From an uncultured Alphaproteobacteria bacterium (GTDB taxonomy: Bacteria > Pseudomonadota > Alphaproteobacteria > Methylaequorales > Methylaequoraceae), in assembly GCA_902613995.1 (NCBI GenBank), contig CACMJG010000002.1:74922-138921 (forward strand): DNA of 64,000 nt, in the 5' to 3' direction. Shown piece after piece: positions 54,679 through 64,000 of this stretch; the stretch's first letter is position 1, and every line of letters starts with the position of its first letter. A model generated the notes under the pieces. The model saw nothing but the letters and a program-made list of their open reading frames with translations, did no database searches and was not told the DNA's origin. Both the position numbers and the translations under genes were made by a program.

Positions 54679-55162
54679 AATAAGACGGATTTAGAAAAAG
54701 AACTTTTTTTTTAATATCAATTTCTTCAATATGATCATCGTTGAAGGGTACTAATATTTCTTTTTTTTTATCTAATATTTCTAAATAATCACCAGCTCCA
54801 TGATTTTTAACGTTCATGACAACACCTACCTGTTTTTTTTTAATATATGCTTTCATATGCATTAGGTCATTGTAATAAAATTTTTTTTTATCAAGTTTTG
54901 GTAATTCAATTCTATCTATAAAAATCATTCTTCCAGAATATTTTTTAGCCTCTTCTGGATTACTTACAGAATTAATTTTACATAAAATCTTGTTTGATTT
55001 AACTACAAAACTTGCAATAATTTTTTCTTTTCCATCAACATAAAAATTTTTATAATTTACAATATCTTTTTTCACTGTTAAGTAGCTATGAATGATTATT
55101 GCCCCGTCAACGCCATAAGTTTTACCAAATCTTGCAATAATTATTTTTGACTTTAATTTGAT
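54668..55162 (-). CDS. rimM: 16S rRNA processing protein RimM, probable non-canonical start
   Basis: FYY.DL, GAGD.LE, LVPF. The frame stays open upstream of GTG 55075 and encodes the RimM N-terminal motif (IARFGKTYGVDGAIII.S). The candidate starts after an AGGA are GTC 55165 and ATC 55162. Confidence 0.88.
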   Translation of the reverse strand: MKLKSKIIIARFGKTYGVDGAIIIHSYLTVKKDIVNYKNFYVDGKEKIIASFVVKSNKILCKINSVSNPEEAKKYSGRMIFIDRIELPKLDKKKFYYNDLMHMKAYIKKKQVGVVMNVKNHGAGDYLEILDKKKEILVPFNDDHIEEIDIKKKVLFLNPSYYEI

Positions 55163-55221
55163 GACGTGTGTTCCTAGATTCTATTATAATTAATAACTAA
55201 AATTAAACGTACATTTAATGG

Positions 55222-55818
55222 CTACTTTGGTTCATTAGGTTTGTCTCCAGCATTTTCTGTTTTTATTTCTTCAGAAGTACTTGGTTGTGGATCAGCGGGT
55301 TGTGCTGCTGCTTCTGGTTTTTTTTCTTCAGGAGCACTTGGTTGTGGGTCAACGGGTTGTGCTGCTGCTTCTGGTTTTTTTTCTTCAGGAGCACTTGGTT
55401 GTGGGTCAACGGGTTGTGCTGCTGCCTGGTCTTTTGTAACTGAAGTTTCTTCAACTGCATTTTTTACTTCTTGTTTTGATTTAAGTTTTTCTTCTTTTGC
55501 CTTTAATTTTTCAAGTGTTTTCTTTTTTGGTTTGTCTTGTTTGGTTTGTTTCGGAATCGAAGGTTTTTTTGCTAATCCTTCGTTGGCTAAAAACTTTGTT
55601 ACTCTATCTGTAGGTTTGGCACCCACAGAAAGCCAATATTTTATTCTTTCAATATTTAAACTTATTCTTTCAGGGTCATTCTTTTGTTTCATTGGGTTGT
55701 ATGTTCCTAGTCTTTCAAGATATCTTCCGTCTCTCGGCGATCTTATATCTGCAGCAACAATTCTGTAATAGGGTCTTTTTTTTGAACCACCTCTTGATAA
55801 TCTTAGTGATACTGACAT
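55222..55818 (-). CDS. rpsP: 30S ribosomal protein S16 with long repeat-containing C-terminal extension
   Basis: RL.RGG.KKRP.YRIV.AD.RSPRDGR..E..G.YNP. Confidence 0.96.
   Translation of the reverse strand: MSVSLRLSRGGSKKRPYYRIVAADIRSPRDGRYLERLGTYNPMKQKNDPERISLNIERIKYWLSVGAKPTDRVTKFLANEGLAKKPSIPKQTKQDKPKKKTLEKLKAKEEKLKSKQEVKNAVEETSVTKDQAAAQPVDPQPSAPEEKKPEAAAQPVDPQPSAPEEKKPEAAAQPADPQPSTSEEIKTENAGDKPNEPK
55267..55425. repeat. 57-bp in-frame tandem repeat (about 2.8 copies) in the rpsP 3' end
   Basis: Units start at 55267, 55324 and 55381; they encode [23 protein letters not shown] 19-mers. Confidence 0.95.
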
Positions 55819-55831
55819 TAAATTTTCCTTT

Positions 55832-57211
55832 CTATTGTATTGGTTTATTTTTGTTAATTAAGCTTTGAACGTCGCCAAATTGACCACTATTCATAATACT
55901 ATCCATGTTTTTATTTTTTCCCATTTTTTTCATCATTTGACTCATTTTTTTAAATTGTTTAAGCAATTTATTAATATCTTGAACATTAGTGCCGGATCCT
56001 TTTGAGATTCTTATTTTTCTTGAGGCTTTAACTAACTCTGGGTGTATTCTCTCTCTAGGAGTCATAGAATTAATAATCGCTTTTTGTTTTTTAAAAACGT
56101 CATTATTTTCCATTTTTTCTTCCATCTTTTCTTTAAGTCCAGAGAGACCTGGTAAGTATTTTAACACACTCTGAATTCCTCCCATTTTAGTCAATTGATC
56201 AAGTTGTTTTGAATAGTCGAGTAAAGTAAATCTTCCTTTCAGAAATTTTTGTTGCATTTGTTTGGCTTCCTGTTCATCTATTTCTTCGGAAGCTTTTTCA
56301 ACCAAAGTGACCACATCTCCCATTCCTAAAATTCTGTTTGCTATTCTATCTGGATGAAATATTTCTATGTCGTCTATTTTTTCTCCAGTACCCATAAATT
56401 TGATTGGTTTCTGAGTAACATGTCTCATTGAAAGTGCAGCACCGCCCCTTGAATCACCATCAATTCTTGTTAAAATTATCCCAGTTAAATTTACTTGCTC
56501 TGAAAAGTTTTTTGCTGTGTTAACTGCATCTTGACCTGTCATAGAATCTGAAACCAATAATATTTCAGAAAAATTAAATTTTTCTGAAATTTCTTTTACT
56601 TCATTCATCATTTTAGTGTCTATATGATTTCTTCCAGCGCTATCTAGAATTAAAATGTCAAAGTTAGATTTTTTAGCAGACTCAATAGCAATTTGAGCTA
56701 TTTGTAGTGGTGACTTGTTTTCTTGTGATTCTAATGTTGCTATGTCGTTATCTGCTCCAAGTTTTATTAGTTGCTCTTGTGCAGCTGGCCTATATATATC
56801 GAGCGATGCCATCATTATTTTTTTATTATTGTTTTTAGTTATCCACCTTGCAAGCTTAGCAGATGTTGTTGTTTTTCCCGAGCCTTGAAGACCAACCATA
56901 AGAAAAAGCACTGGAGTTTTAGCGTTTAGTTTTAAACTGTCGTTTTCGGAACCCAAAAGTTCAGTAAGTTGGTCATTCACAATTTTTATAATCATTTGAT
57001 CTGGAGAAATACTTTTTATGACTTCTTGACCAATTGCCTTGGATTTGACATCTTCTATAAAATCTTTTGCAACAGAAAGAGATACATCTGATTCAAGTAA
57101 GGCAATCCTGATTTCTCTCATTACATTTTGTAGGGATGAGTCGTCAATGACACCACTCCCCTTAATTTTATCAAAAATATTTGATATTTTATTTGTCAGA
57201 TTTTCAAACAT
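55832..57211 (-). CDS. ffh: Signal recognition particle protein
   Basis: [29 protein letters not shown]-domain SMT..ER, RI..GSG. Confidence 0.97.
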   Translation of the reverse strand: MFENLTNKISNIFDKIKGSGVIDDSSLQNVMREIRIALLESDVSLSVAKDFIEDVKSKAIGQEVIKSISPDQMIIKIVNDQLTELLGSENDSLKLNAKTPVLFLMVGLQGSGKTTTSAKLARWITKNNNKKIMMASLDIYRPAAQEQLIKLGADNDIATLESQENKSPLQIAQIAIESAKKSNFDILILDSAGRNHIDTKMMNEVKEISEKFNFSEILLVSDSMTGQDAVNTAKNFSEQVNLTGIILTRIDGDSRGGAALSMRHVTQKPIKFMGTGEKIDDIEIFHPDRIANRILGMGDVVTLVEKASEEIDEQEAKQMQQKFLKGRFTLLDYSKQLDQLTKMGGIQSVLKYLPGLSGLKEKMEEKMENNDVFKKQKAIINSMTPRERIHPELVKASRKIRISKGSGTNVQDINKLLKQFKKMSQMMKKMGKNKNMDSIMNSGQFGDVQSLINKNKPIQ

Positions 57212-57232
57212 TTCTCTCTAATAATTACAAAC

Positions 57233-57267
57233 AAAAAAAGCCAGTGCACGATACTCGTGGACTGACT
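57233..57267 (-). ncRNA. ffh leader hairpin (alphaproteobacterial ffh RNA motif-like) followed by a U tract
   Basis: AGUCAGU-C-CACGA-GUA-UCGUG-C-ACUGGCU then UUUUUU; a GC-rich island about 20 nt upstream of the ffh ATG. Confidence 0.7.
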
Positions 57268-57332
57268 GAATTTATTAATTGTGTTTATATCAAAAAACAA
57301 TTAATCCTTAAAGTAATTTATTTATAATTACA

Positions 57333-58166
57333 ATGACTGAATTTAAGTTTCTAAAAGCACATGGCCTGGGAAATGATTTTGTAATTTTTACAGAACATTC
57401 TAAATTAAATATTTCAAAGAAGTTAGTAAAGTTTTTATCCGATAGAAAAAAAGGAGTGGGTTGTGACTTGACCGTTTTTTTGAATAAATCAGAAAATAAT
57501 TATTCTGATCTAGTTGCTAGATTTTTCAATAAGGATGGGTCAGAGGCAGAAGTTTGCGGAAATGCATTGAGATGTATAGGAAATTACTACTTTAAAAAAT
57601 TTAATAAAAAAAATGTGACTGTTGAGACAAATTCAGGATTGATCGATGTTGAGAAAAATATCAATGAAAAAATATCAGTTGATCTTGGAAAACCAAATAT
57701 TTCGTGGGATAAAATTCCAATTAAAATTGATGTGGATACTCAAAATTTAGATTTTGATTTTGATTATCTTAAAGGAGGTTTTACTGTTAATGTTGGAAAT
57801 CCACATGTAATTTTTTTTGTTGATAACCTAAATGAAAGCGAATTAAAGAAAGACTCGGAAAAAATCATTAAAACTAATTTTTTCCCAAATGGGGTAAACG
57901 TTAGTATTGTTAAAGTTTTATCCAGAAGCAAGGTAAATATCCTGACGTATGAAAGAGGTGTTGGAATTACAGATGCATGCGGTTCGGGAGCTGGAGCTTC
58001 AGTTTTTGCCTCCAATAAATTAAATTTTTGTGATAAATATGTTGAGGTATCAATGGCTGGAGGCAATCTATTTGTTGAAATAACAAGAGATGAGCATATT
58101 TTAACTATCGGAGAAGCAAAAGATGTATTTGTAGGTCAAATTAATTTGAAGGACTATGTACTATGA
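57333..58166 (+). CDS. dapF: Diaminopimelate epimerase
   Basis: K.HGLGNDF, N.DGS.AE.CGN, GNPH, ERG.G.T.ACGSG. Confidence 0.95.
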   Translation: MTEFKFLKAHGLGNDFVIFTEHSKLNISKKLVKFLSDRKKGVGCDLTVFLNKSENNYSDLVARFFNKDGSEAEVCGNALRCIGNYYFKKFNKKNVTVETNSGLIDVEKNINEKISVDLGKPNISWDKIPIKIDVDTQNLDFDFDYLKGGFTVNVGNPHVIFFVDNLNESELKKDSEKIIKTNFFPNGVNVSIVKVLSRSKVNILTYERGVGITDACGSGAGASVFASNKLNFCDKYVEVSMAGGNLFVEITRDEHILTIGEAKDVFVGQINLKDYVL

Positions 58167-59401
58167 AAAAAGAAGATACAAAAGTTATTAATCTAGGTTG
58201 TAGACTCAATTTTTTTGAGTCAGAAGTTATTAAGAATATTCTTAATCAGGAAAACTTAGAAAAAAAGATTGTCATAAACACTTGTGCTGTTACTAATCAA
58301 GCTGTTCGAAAATCAATTAATGAAGTCAAAAAGGCATCTAGAAAATTCCCTAACTATCAGATTTATGTAACAGGTTGTGCGAGTCAAGTTAATGAAAAAG
58401 TATTCTCAGATTTAAAAAACGTTCATAAAATTGTTGATAATAAAAGAAAAACTTTACCTGAAAGTTACACTGATCAAGAAATAAAAGAAGAAAAAGATTT
58501 TAATTTTCCTTTCTTAAAAGATTTTTCATCGAGCCGCACAAGAGCAATGCTACAAATACAACAGGGATGTGATCACAGATGTACTTTCTGTATAATTCCT
58601 TATGGTAGAGGTGACTCAAAAAGTTTGCCATTTGATCAGATCAATAAACGAGCTGAGAGATTGATCGAAAGTGGTTATAGTGAAATTGTAATGACAGGGG
58701 TTGATCTGACATCCTATGGCATTGATCTTTCAGGAAAGCCTAAACTTGGGAATATTTTGAGAAGATTGTTAAATTTTCAACCTAAATTAAGAAGATTGAG
58801 ATTATCCTCAATTGATCCAGCAGAAATTGATGACGATTTGATGGATCTTCTATTGAAAGAAAAAAGAATACTTCCTCATCTTCACTTATCCCTTCAGTCA
58901 GGAGATAATTTAATTCTTAAAAGAATGAAAAGAAGGCATAATAGAGAAGAGGTTATAAAACTTTGCCATGATTTACGTCTCGTAAGATCTGATTTCACTT
59001 TTGGAGCTGATATAATTGTTGGATTCCCTACTGAAACAAACCAAATGTTTAAAAATACATTAGAATTGATAGAAACTTGTGAATTTACAAACGTTCATAT
59101 TTTTCCTTATTCACCTAAAGACGGAACTCCGGCATCAAAAATGCCACAGATAAAGGAAGAAGAGAAAAAATTAAGAGTAGAGATTCTTAGGAATAAATGC
59201 AAAGACATTCTCCATCAAAAATTAAATAAAGAAATTGGAAAGTCTTCAAGCATCCTTTTTGAATCCCACAAAATGAGTTATTCTGATGGATACTTTAAGG
59301 TTAAAACTAAGGAAAGTAAAAATTCTATTAAGCCGGGCTCAATGGCTAATGTGAAGATTGTCTCGCGACAAGGAGATTCATTAATTGCTGAATTAAAATA
59401 A
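58163..59401 (+). CDS. mtaB: tRNA t6A37 methylthiotransferase
   Basis: GCRLN..ES, NTCAVT, GCDHRCTFC radical SAM motif; dapF-mtaB-ftsY synteny. Confidence 0.9.
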   Translation: MKKEDTKVINLGCRLNFFESEVIKNILNQENLEKKIVINTCAVTNQAVRKSINEVKKASRKFPNYQIYVTGCASQVNEKVFSDLKNVHKIVDNKRKTLPESYTDQEIKEEKDFNFPFLKDFSSSRTRAMLQIQQGCDHRCTFCIIPYGRGDSKSLPFDQINKRAERLIESGYSEIVMTGVDLTSYGIDLSGKPKLGNILRRLLNFQPKLRRLRLSSIDPAEIDDDLMDLLLKEKRILPHLHLSLQSGDNLILKRMKRRHNREEVIKLCHDLRLVRSDFTFGADIIVGFPTETNQMFKNTLELIETCEFTNVHIFPYSPKDGTPASKMPQIKEEEKKLRVEILRNKCKDILHQKLNKEIGKSSSILFESHKMSYSDGYFKVKTKESKNSIKPGSMANVKIVSRQGDSLIAELK

Positions 59402-59403
59402 AC

Positions 59404-60315
59404 ATGGTTGTTGGTTGGTTTAAAAAGTTAAAGACAAGTTTATCAAAATCATCAGATAAGATATCTGGTGGAATAAAAAAAATCTTAAAAAGTAAAAAGA
59501 TTGATGAATCCACCTTGCAAGAGTTAGAGGAACTAATGATTTCTTCTGATCTTGGAGTGGAGTCGTCATCAAAAATTATTCAAGAATTGAAAAAATCAAA
59601 ATTACTCAATCCTAGCTCAGAAAAAGTAAAAGAAATTATAAAAAAAAAACTAAAAGAGACTCTTGCCCCTCTTGAAAAAAAGATTGACTTAACAAAAAAT
59701 TTATTTGTTATTTTAGTTGTAGGGGTAAATGGAGTTGGAAAAACTGCTACTATAGGAAAGCTTGCTGATAGATTTTTAAAAGATGGAAAAAAAGTAGGAA
59801 TGGTCGCAGCTGACACTTTTCGTGCAGCAGCAGTGGAGCAGCTAAAAATTTGGGCAGACAGAACGAAATCTGAATTTTTCTCAGCAAAAGAACTTTCTGA
59901 TCCTGCAGCTCTAGCATACAAGTCGGTGATCACAGCAACAGAAAAAAAACTTGATATTCTTCTTATTGATACAGCTGGAAGATTACATAATAAAACTGAT
60001 TTAATGAACGAGTTATCAAAAATAATTAGAGTAATAAAAAAAATTGACGAAACAATTCCAAGTGAAACAATTTTAATTCTCGATGGGAATATTGGTCAAA
60101 ACTCGATCAGACAAGCTGAAGTTTTCAAAGAAATTTGCGATATTGACAGTCTGATAGTAACGAAGCTAGATGGATCAGCCAAAGGTGGTGCTTTGATTCC
60201 AATAGCTGAGAAACTTAAGATTCCAATTTCTTTTATTGGAACCGGTGAATCAAAAGAAGATTTAGCGCAATTTGATGCTGATCAATTTTGCTCTGCTTTG
60301 CTTGGCATAGAATAG
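59404..60315 (+). CDS. ftsY: SRP receptor FtsY
   Basis: GVNGVGKT, DTFRAAA, DTAGRL, TKLDGSAKGG. Confidence 0.96.
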   Translation: MVVGWFKKLKTSLSKSSDKISGGIKKILKSKKIDESTLQELEELMISSDLGVESSSKIIQELKKSKLLNPSSEKVKEIIKKKLKETLAPLEKKIDLTKNLFVILVVGVNGVGKTATIGKLADRFLKDGKKVGMVAADTFRAAAVEQLKIWADRTKSEFFSAKELSDPAALAYKSVITATEKKLDILLIDTAGRLHNKTDLMNELSKIIRVIKKIDETIPSETILILDGNIGQNSIRQAEVFKEICDIDSLIVTKLDGSAKGGALIPIAEKLKIPISFIGTGESKEDLAQFDADQFCSALLGIE

Positions 60316-61469
60316 TCCCTAGAAATTTTCCACAAATATGAGGGGCTACTATCAGATATAACAAGTATATTACCTTCATGATCAATCTCAAAATCTCTTA
60401 TTCTTCCAATTCTTTTGTCATCTTTTATAATTATTTCTTGGTCAATTATTTTGGGTCCCTCAAAAACTAATCTAGCTAATAATTTAGTTTTAGTAGCACT
60501 TACTATTAAATTTTCATTCCATTCGGAAAAGGTTTCACCTTTATAGAATTGAATATTTCCAACAGCGATTGATGGTACCCACGTAATTAAATTTCTGTTG
60601 TATATATCTTTAAAGTCCTTTGTTCCAATCCTTCTTCCAGAATATTCCTTTCCTCCCCAAGCAATATCTTTCCACCCATAATTTCCAGCAAATTTTACAA
60701 TCCCAATATTATCTCCACCCATTGGACCATGTTGTGAAAAGTATATATCGCCATTTTTTGGGGAAATAGCCATTCCTTGTGGATTTCTCATACCTATTTG
60801 ATAGATCTCGGGTAACCAATCTTCAAAACCCAAGTATGCTGGATTATCAGTAGGTATAGTTCCGTTGGTTTTAATTCTAATTATACTACCAGGATGTTTT
60901 TGTGGGTTTTGAGCAATCATTCCTTTATCTCTTTCACCAAAACCCACAAATAAAAAATCATCCTTAATAACAATCCTTGCTCCCCAGTGTTTGTCGGTAT
61001 CAAGTTTAGGTTTTGCTATCAATAACGTTTCTAAGTCTACAATCTCGTTATTTTGAAGTTTACCTCGTGCTACAGCAGTGCTTGAGTAGTTTGATAATCT
61101 TCCAATTTTTGTTTTGTCTTTGAAATCATGACTGTAGGTAAAATATATGTAACCATCAGAATGTTTATAGACATCTAACAATCCACCTTGACCATGTTTA
61201 AATTCAATGTGTGGAATATTATGCTTTATTTGAAAACGGTCACCATTTGAAGTATTGATCTTAAATATGTTGCCTTTTTTTTCAGTCACAAGAATATTAT
61301 CTCTATCTAAAAATGTAATTGCCCACGGATAGTGAAATTCTTCTTGCGAAATTTTTTGAATATTGAGATTTATTTTTGATTTTTTGTAAGTTTTATAGTT
61401 ACTAAAATCGTTACAGTTAGAAATTGAAAAAAAAAAAGTATAAATTAATAAAAAAAAGACATGTATCAT
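60282..61469 (-). CDS. PQQ-dependent sugar dehydrogenase (YliI/GSDH beta-propeller), exported
   Basis: PW...F, GQGGLLDV, H.G.RI, G.RNPQG, HGP.GGD, NYGW, R.RD; N-terminal signal peptide. Confidence 0.85.
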   Translation of the reverse strand: MIHVFFLLIYTFFFSISNCNDFSNYKTYKKSKINLNIQKISQEEFHYPWAITFLDRDNILVTEKKGNIFKINTSNGDRFQIKHNIPHIEFKHGQGGLLDVYKHSDGYIYFTYSHDFKDKTKIGRLSNYSSTAVARGKLQNNEIVDLETLLIAKPKLDTDKHWGARIVIKDDFLFVGFGERDKGMIAQNPQKHPGSIIRIKTNGTIPTDNPAYLGFEDWLPEIYQIGMRNPQGMAISPKNGDIYFSQHGPMGGDNIGIVKFAGNYGWKDIAWGGKEYSGRRIGTKDFKDIYNRNLITWVPSIAVGNIQFYKGETFSEWNENLIVSATKTKLLARLVFEGPKIIDQEIIIKDDKRIGRIRDFEIDHEGNILVISDSSPSYLWKISRDYSMPSKAEQN

Positions 61470-61522
61470 CTAGAAATATATATTAACTAGTAAAATTATA
61501 TTAAACTAATTTTTTAATAAAA

Positions 61523-61975
61523 ATGGATAAAAGTTACTATCTCAAGAAGCATGGATATTTTTTAGAGGACTTAAAAATTAATCAGGAAGCCCATTACAAA
61601 AAAAAAATTTCCGAAAACGATATCAATCTTTTTTCAAAGGTATCTGGTGACAATAATCCAATTCACATGGACGAAAAATTCGCTCGAAGCTCAATTTTTA
61701 AAAAAAGAATTGCACACGGTTTTTTATCAGGAAGCCTAATTTCAACTGTTATAGCGACACAACTACCAGGCCCTGGAAGTATTTATTTGAATCAGACTTT
61801 AAAATTCCTAGCTCCTGTTTTTATAGGAGATACAATAACTGCAATAGTTACAATTAAGAAAATCGAAATTGAAAAGAGAAAAGTCAATTTATTGACTGAA
61901 TGTTTTAATTCAAAACAAAAAATTCTTACAGGACAAGCTGATATTTTAGTTTCGAAAAAAAAAGATTTTGTCTAA
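61523..61975 (+). CDS. MaoC-family (R)-specific enoyl-CoA hydratase (CroR/PhaJ-like)
   Basis: SGD.NPIH.D, RIAHG, LPGPG.IY..Q...F.APV..GD; upstream of ribF. Confidence 0.85.
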   Translation: MDKSYYLKKHGYFLEDLKINQEAHYKKKISENDINLFSKVSGDNNPIHMDEKFARSSIFKKRIAHGFLSGSLISTVIATQLPGPGSIYLNQTLKFLAPVFIGDTITAIVTIKKIEIEKRKVNLLTECFNSKQKILTGQADILVSKKKDFV

Positions 61976-62932
61976 ATGAGAGTTTTTAGAACAACAAAAA
62001 TTCCTCAAGAATACATGAATTCTTCGATAGCAATAGGTAACTTTGATGGAATGCATCAGGGGCATCAGGCCGTAATAAACACAGCAAAAAAAAATTCAAA
62101 AACTAAAAACACTAAATTTGGTGTTTTAACATTTGAGCCACACCCAAAATGTTATTTTAACAAACAATATGATTATTTCAGATTAACTCCATTCAGAGAA
62201 AAATTTGAAATTTTCAAATTAGCAAAAATAGATTTTTTAATAAACATTAGATTCGACCACACATTTTTAAATAAAACTGCGAAATCTTTTATTGAAATTG
62301 ATCTAATTAAAAACCTTCGCGTAAATACTGTTGTTACAGGATTTGATTTCGTTTTTGGAAATAAAAAAATGGGGAATGTAAAATATATCAATGATTACGT
62401 AAACAAGACAAAAGCTTTTAATTTTATTGTTGTTCCTGAGGTACGAAATTCTGATAATGTTGAAATCTCCTCTTCAAACATAAGAGCATTATTGAAAAAA
62501 GGGGATTTAGATCAAGCTAATAGTTTATTGACACGAAAGTGGTCTATCACAGGAAACATTCAAAAAGGTGAAAAAAAAGCAAGGCAAATTGGGTTTAGAA
62601 CAGCGAATATTCAGACTAATAAGTTTTGTCAGATTAGAAGAGGTGTTTACTCAGTAATACTAAAGATTCCAAAGAAATTTGGGCAGAAAAAATTCTTCGG
62701 CATTGCGAATTTTGGGATTAAACCTACATTCAATAAAACAAACCCTCTGCTTGAAGTACACATTTTTAACTTCGAGAACGATATTTATCATGAAAGAATA
62801 AAAGTAACTTTTTACAAGTTTATAAGAGAGGAAAAAAAATTTGAATCAGTTGAGAAATTGAAGGATCAGATTATAAAAGATATTAATCAAGTAAAAAATG
62901 ACAAACTATTCAAAAACAATCAATCTTCCTAA
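61976..62932 (+). CDS. ribF: Bifunctional riboflavin kinase/FAD synthetase
   Basis: IGNFDG.H.GH, TFEPHP, ISSS.IR, GF.TAN, G..PTF, E.HI. Confidence 0.95.
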   Translation: MRVFRTTKIPQEYMNSSIAIGNFDGMHQGHQAVINTAKKNSKTKNTKFGVLTFEPHPKCYFNKQYDYFRLTPFREKFEIFKLAKIDFLINIRFDHTFLNKTAKSFIEIDLIKNLRVNTVVTGFDFVFGNKKMGNVKYINDYVNKTKAFNFIVVPEVRNSDNVEISSSNIRALLKKGDLDQANSLLTRKWSITGNIQKGEKKARQIGFRTANIQTNKFCQIRRGVYSVILKIPKKFGQKKFFGIANFGIKPTFNKTNPLLEVHIFNFENDIYHERIKVTFYKFIREEKKFESVEKLKDQIIKDINQVKNDKLFKNNQSS

Positions 62933-64000
62933 GACCAACTTTAGCATGAAAGCTAACTTGTCAGAAAAGGAAAACCAATGGCTTGAATTTTGGCATAAAA
63001 ATAAAATTTATGACAAACTAAAAAAAAAAAATAAAAGAAATATTAAGTATGTTTTACATGATGGTCCACCTTATGCAAATGGTGACCTTCATCTTGGCCA
63101 TGCCTTGAATAAAATTTTAAAAGATGTAATTTGCAGATTTAAATTTCAGAGCGCAATGAACGTTGAATATGTACCTGGTTGGGATTGTCACGGACTCCCA
63201 ATTGAATGGAAGGTTGAGGAACAGTTTAGAAAATCTGGGAAAAAAAAATCGGAAGTTAATTTGCAAACATTCAGAGAAGAATGCAGACAGTTTGCAAAGA
63301 AATGGGTAAGTATTCAGAGAGATCAATTTAATAGATTTGGAATTCAGACTGATTGGGAAGAAATTTATTTAACAATGAATAAAAACTCGGAAGTAACGAT
63401 TGTATCTGAGTTGTTGAAATTTCTGGAATCAGAACAGTTATATCTTGGATTTAAACCAGTAATGTGGTCTGTTGTTGAACAAACCGCATTAGCTGAAGCT
63501 GAAATAGAGTATTTAGAAAAAAAATCAAAAGCAATTTACGTAAAATTTCCAGTAGAAAACTTTTTGGAAAACGTAAGTGTAATTATCTGGACTACGACAC
63601 CTTGGACTATTCCATGCAATAAGGCAATTGCCTTTTCAAATGATCTTAAATATTCATTAATTGAAATTGATAAGGATATTAAAAGTCTCGCATTAAATAA
63701 AAATGACAAGATTATATTAGCCGATAATTTGGTTCAAAATTTTTGTGAAAGTCATTCAATTAGCAACTTTTCAAAAGTAAGTTCTGTTGATTCAGAAAAA
63801 CTTAAGCAACTAAAATGTCAACATCCACTCAGAAATTTAGGATTTGATCATTCAGTCAGTTTATTTGAAGCTGAGCACGTTACTGATGAGGCTGGTACAG
63901 GGTTAGTTCATATAGCGCCAAATCATGGAGTTGAAGACTTTGAAGTTGGTATAAAAAATGACCTGGATAATTTGCCTACAGTAGATAATTCTGGAGTATA
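62898..64000 (+). CDS. ileS: Isoleucyl-tRNA synthetase (5' part, runs off the window)
   Basis: Read from DNA: MTNYSKTINLPKTNFSMKANL, LHDGPPYANGDLHLGHALNK, PGWDCHGLPIE, WTTTPWT, GTGLVH.AP.HG. Confidence 0.96.
   Translation, partial: MTNYSKTINLPKTNFSMKANLSEKENQWLEFWHKNKIYDKLKKKNKRNIKYVLHDGPPYANGDLHLGHALNKILKDVICRFKFQSAMNVEYVPGWDCHGLPIEWKVEEQFRKSGKKKSEVNLQTFREECRQFAKKWVSIQRDQFNRFGIQTDWEEIYLTMNKNSEVTIVSELLKFLESEQLYLGFKPVMWSVVEQTALAEAEIEYLEKKSKAIYVKFPVENFLENVSVIIWTTTPWTIPCNKAIAFSNDLKYSLIEIDKDIKSLALNKNDKIILADNLVQNFCESHSISNFSKVSSVDSEKLKQLKCQHPLRNLGFDHSVSLFEAEHVTDEAGTGLVHIAPNHGVEDFEVGIKNDLDNLPTVDNSGV

Noticed and set aside
55267..55425. Repeat as a CRISPR array
   Set aside because: Units are contiguous with no unique spacers, are in frame within rpsP, and have no cas genes nearby.

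Overview
Gene-dense, very AT-rich (roughly 30% GC by eye, not computed) core-chromosome segment of a streamlined alphaproteobacterium, probably a marine low-GC lineage (inferred from gene order and composition). I saw no rRNA, tRNA, CRISPR, prophage or IS element. The window carries most of an ethylmalonyl-CoA pathway (ecm, ccr, mcd, phaA, phaB, mch, a croR-like hydratase, plus ETF and a cobalamin adenosyltransferase), amino-acid biosynthesis genes (argH, lysA, hisC, tyrC, metXW, proBA, leuCDB, asd, dapF), F1 ATP synthase, sdhCDAB-zapE-nadAC-mdh-sucCD-like genes, division genes (ftsEX, envC, ctpA, xerC) and translation/SRP genes, and it ends inside ileS. I found no large novel accessory locus, so the unusual signals are fine-scale. 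(1) rimM appears to need a near-cognate ATC/GTC start. (2) A motif-divergent SucCD-like ligase is followed by a double-ACT protein where sucAB usually lies, behind an 11-bp-period direct-repeat site. (3) nadA-nadC lack nadB and sit between sdhAB/zapE and mdh. (4) FtsE has lost its catalytic Glu, signature glycines and H-loop His. (5) An A9 run frameshifts the gene coupled to ecm. (6) Several genes show leaderless promoters, including a bidirectional one in an 18-nt gap. (7) S16 has a 57-bp tandem-repeat tail. All protein assignments come from motif recognition, not database searches.
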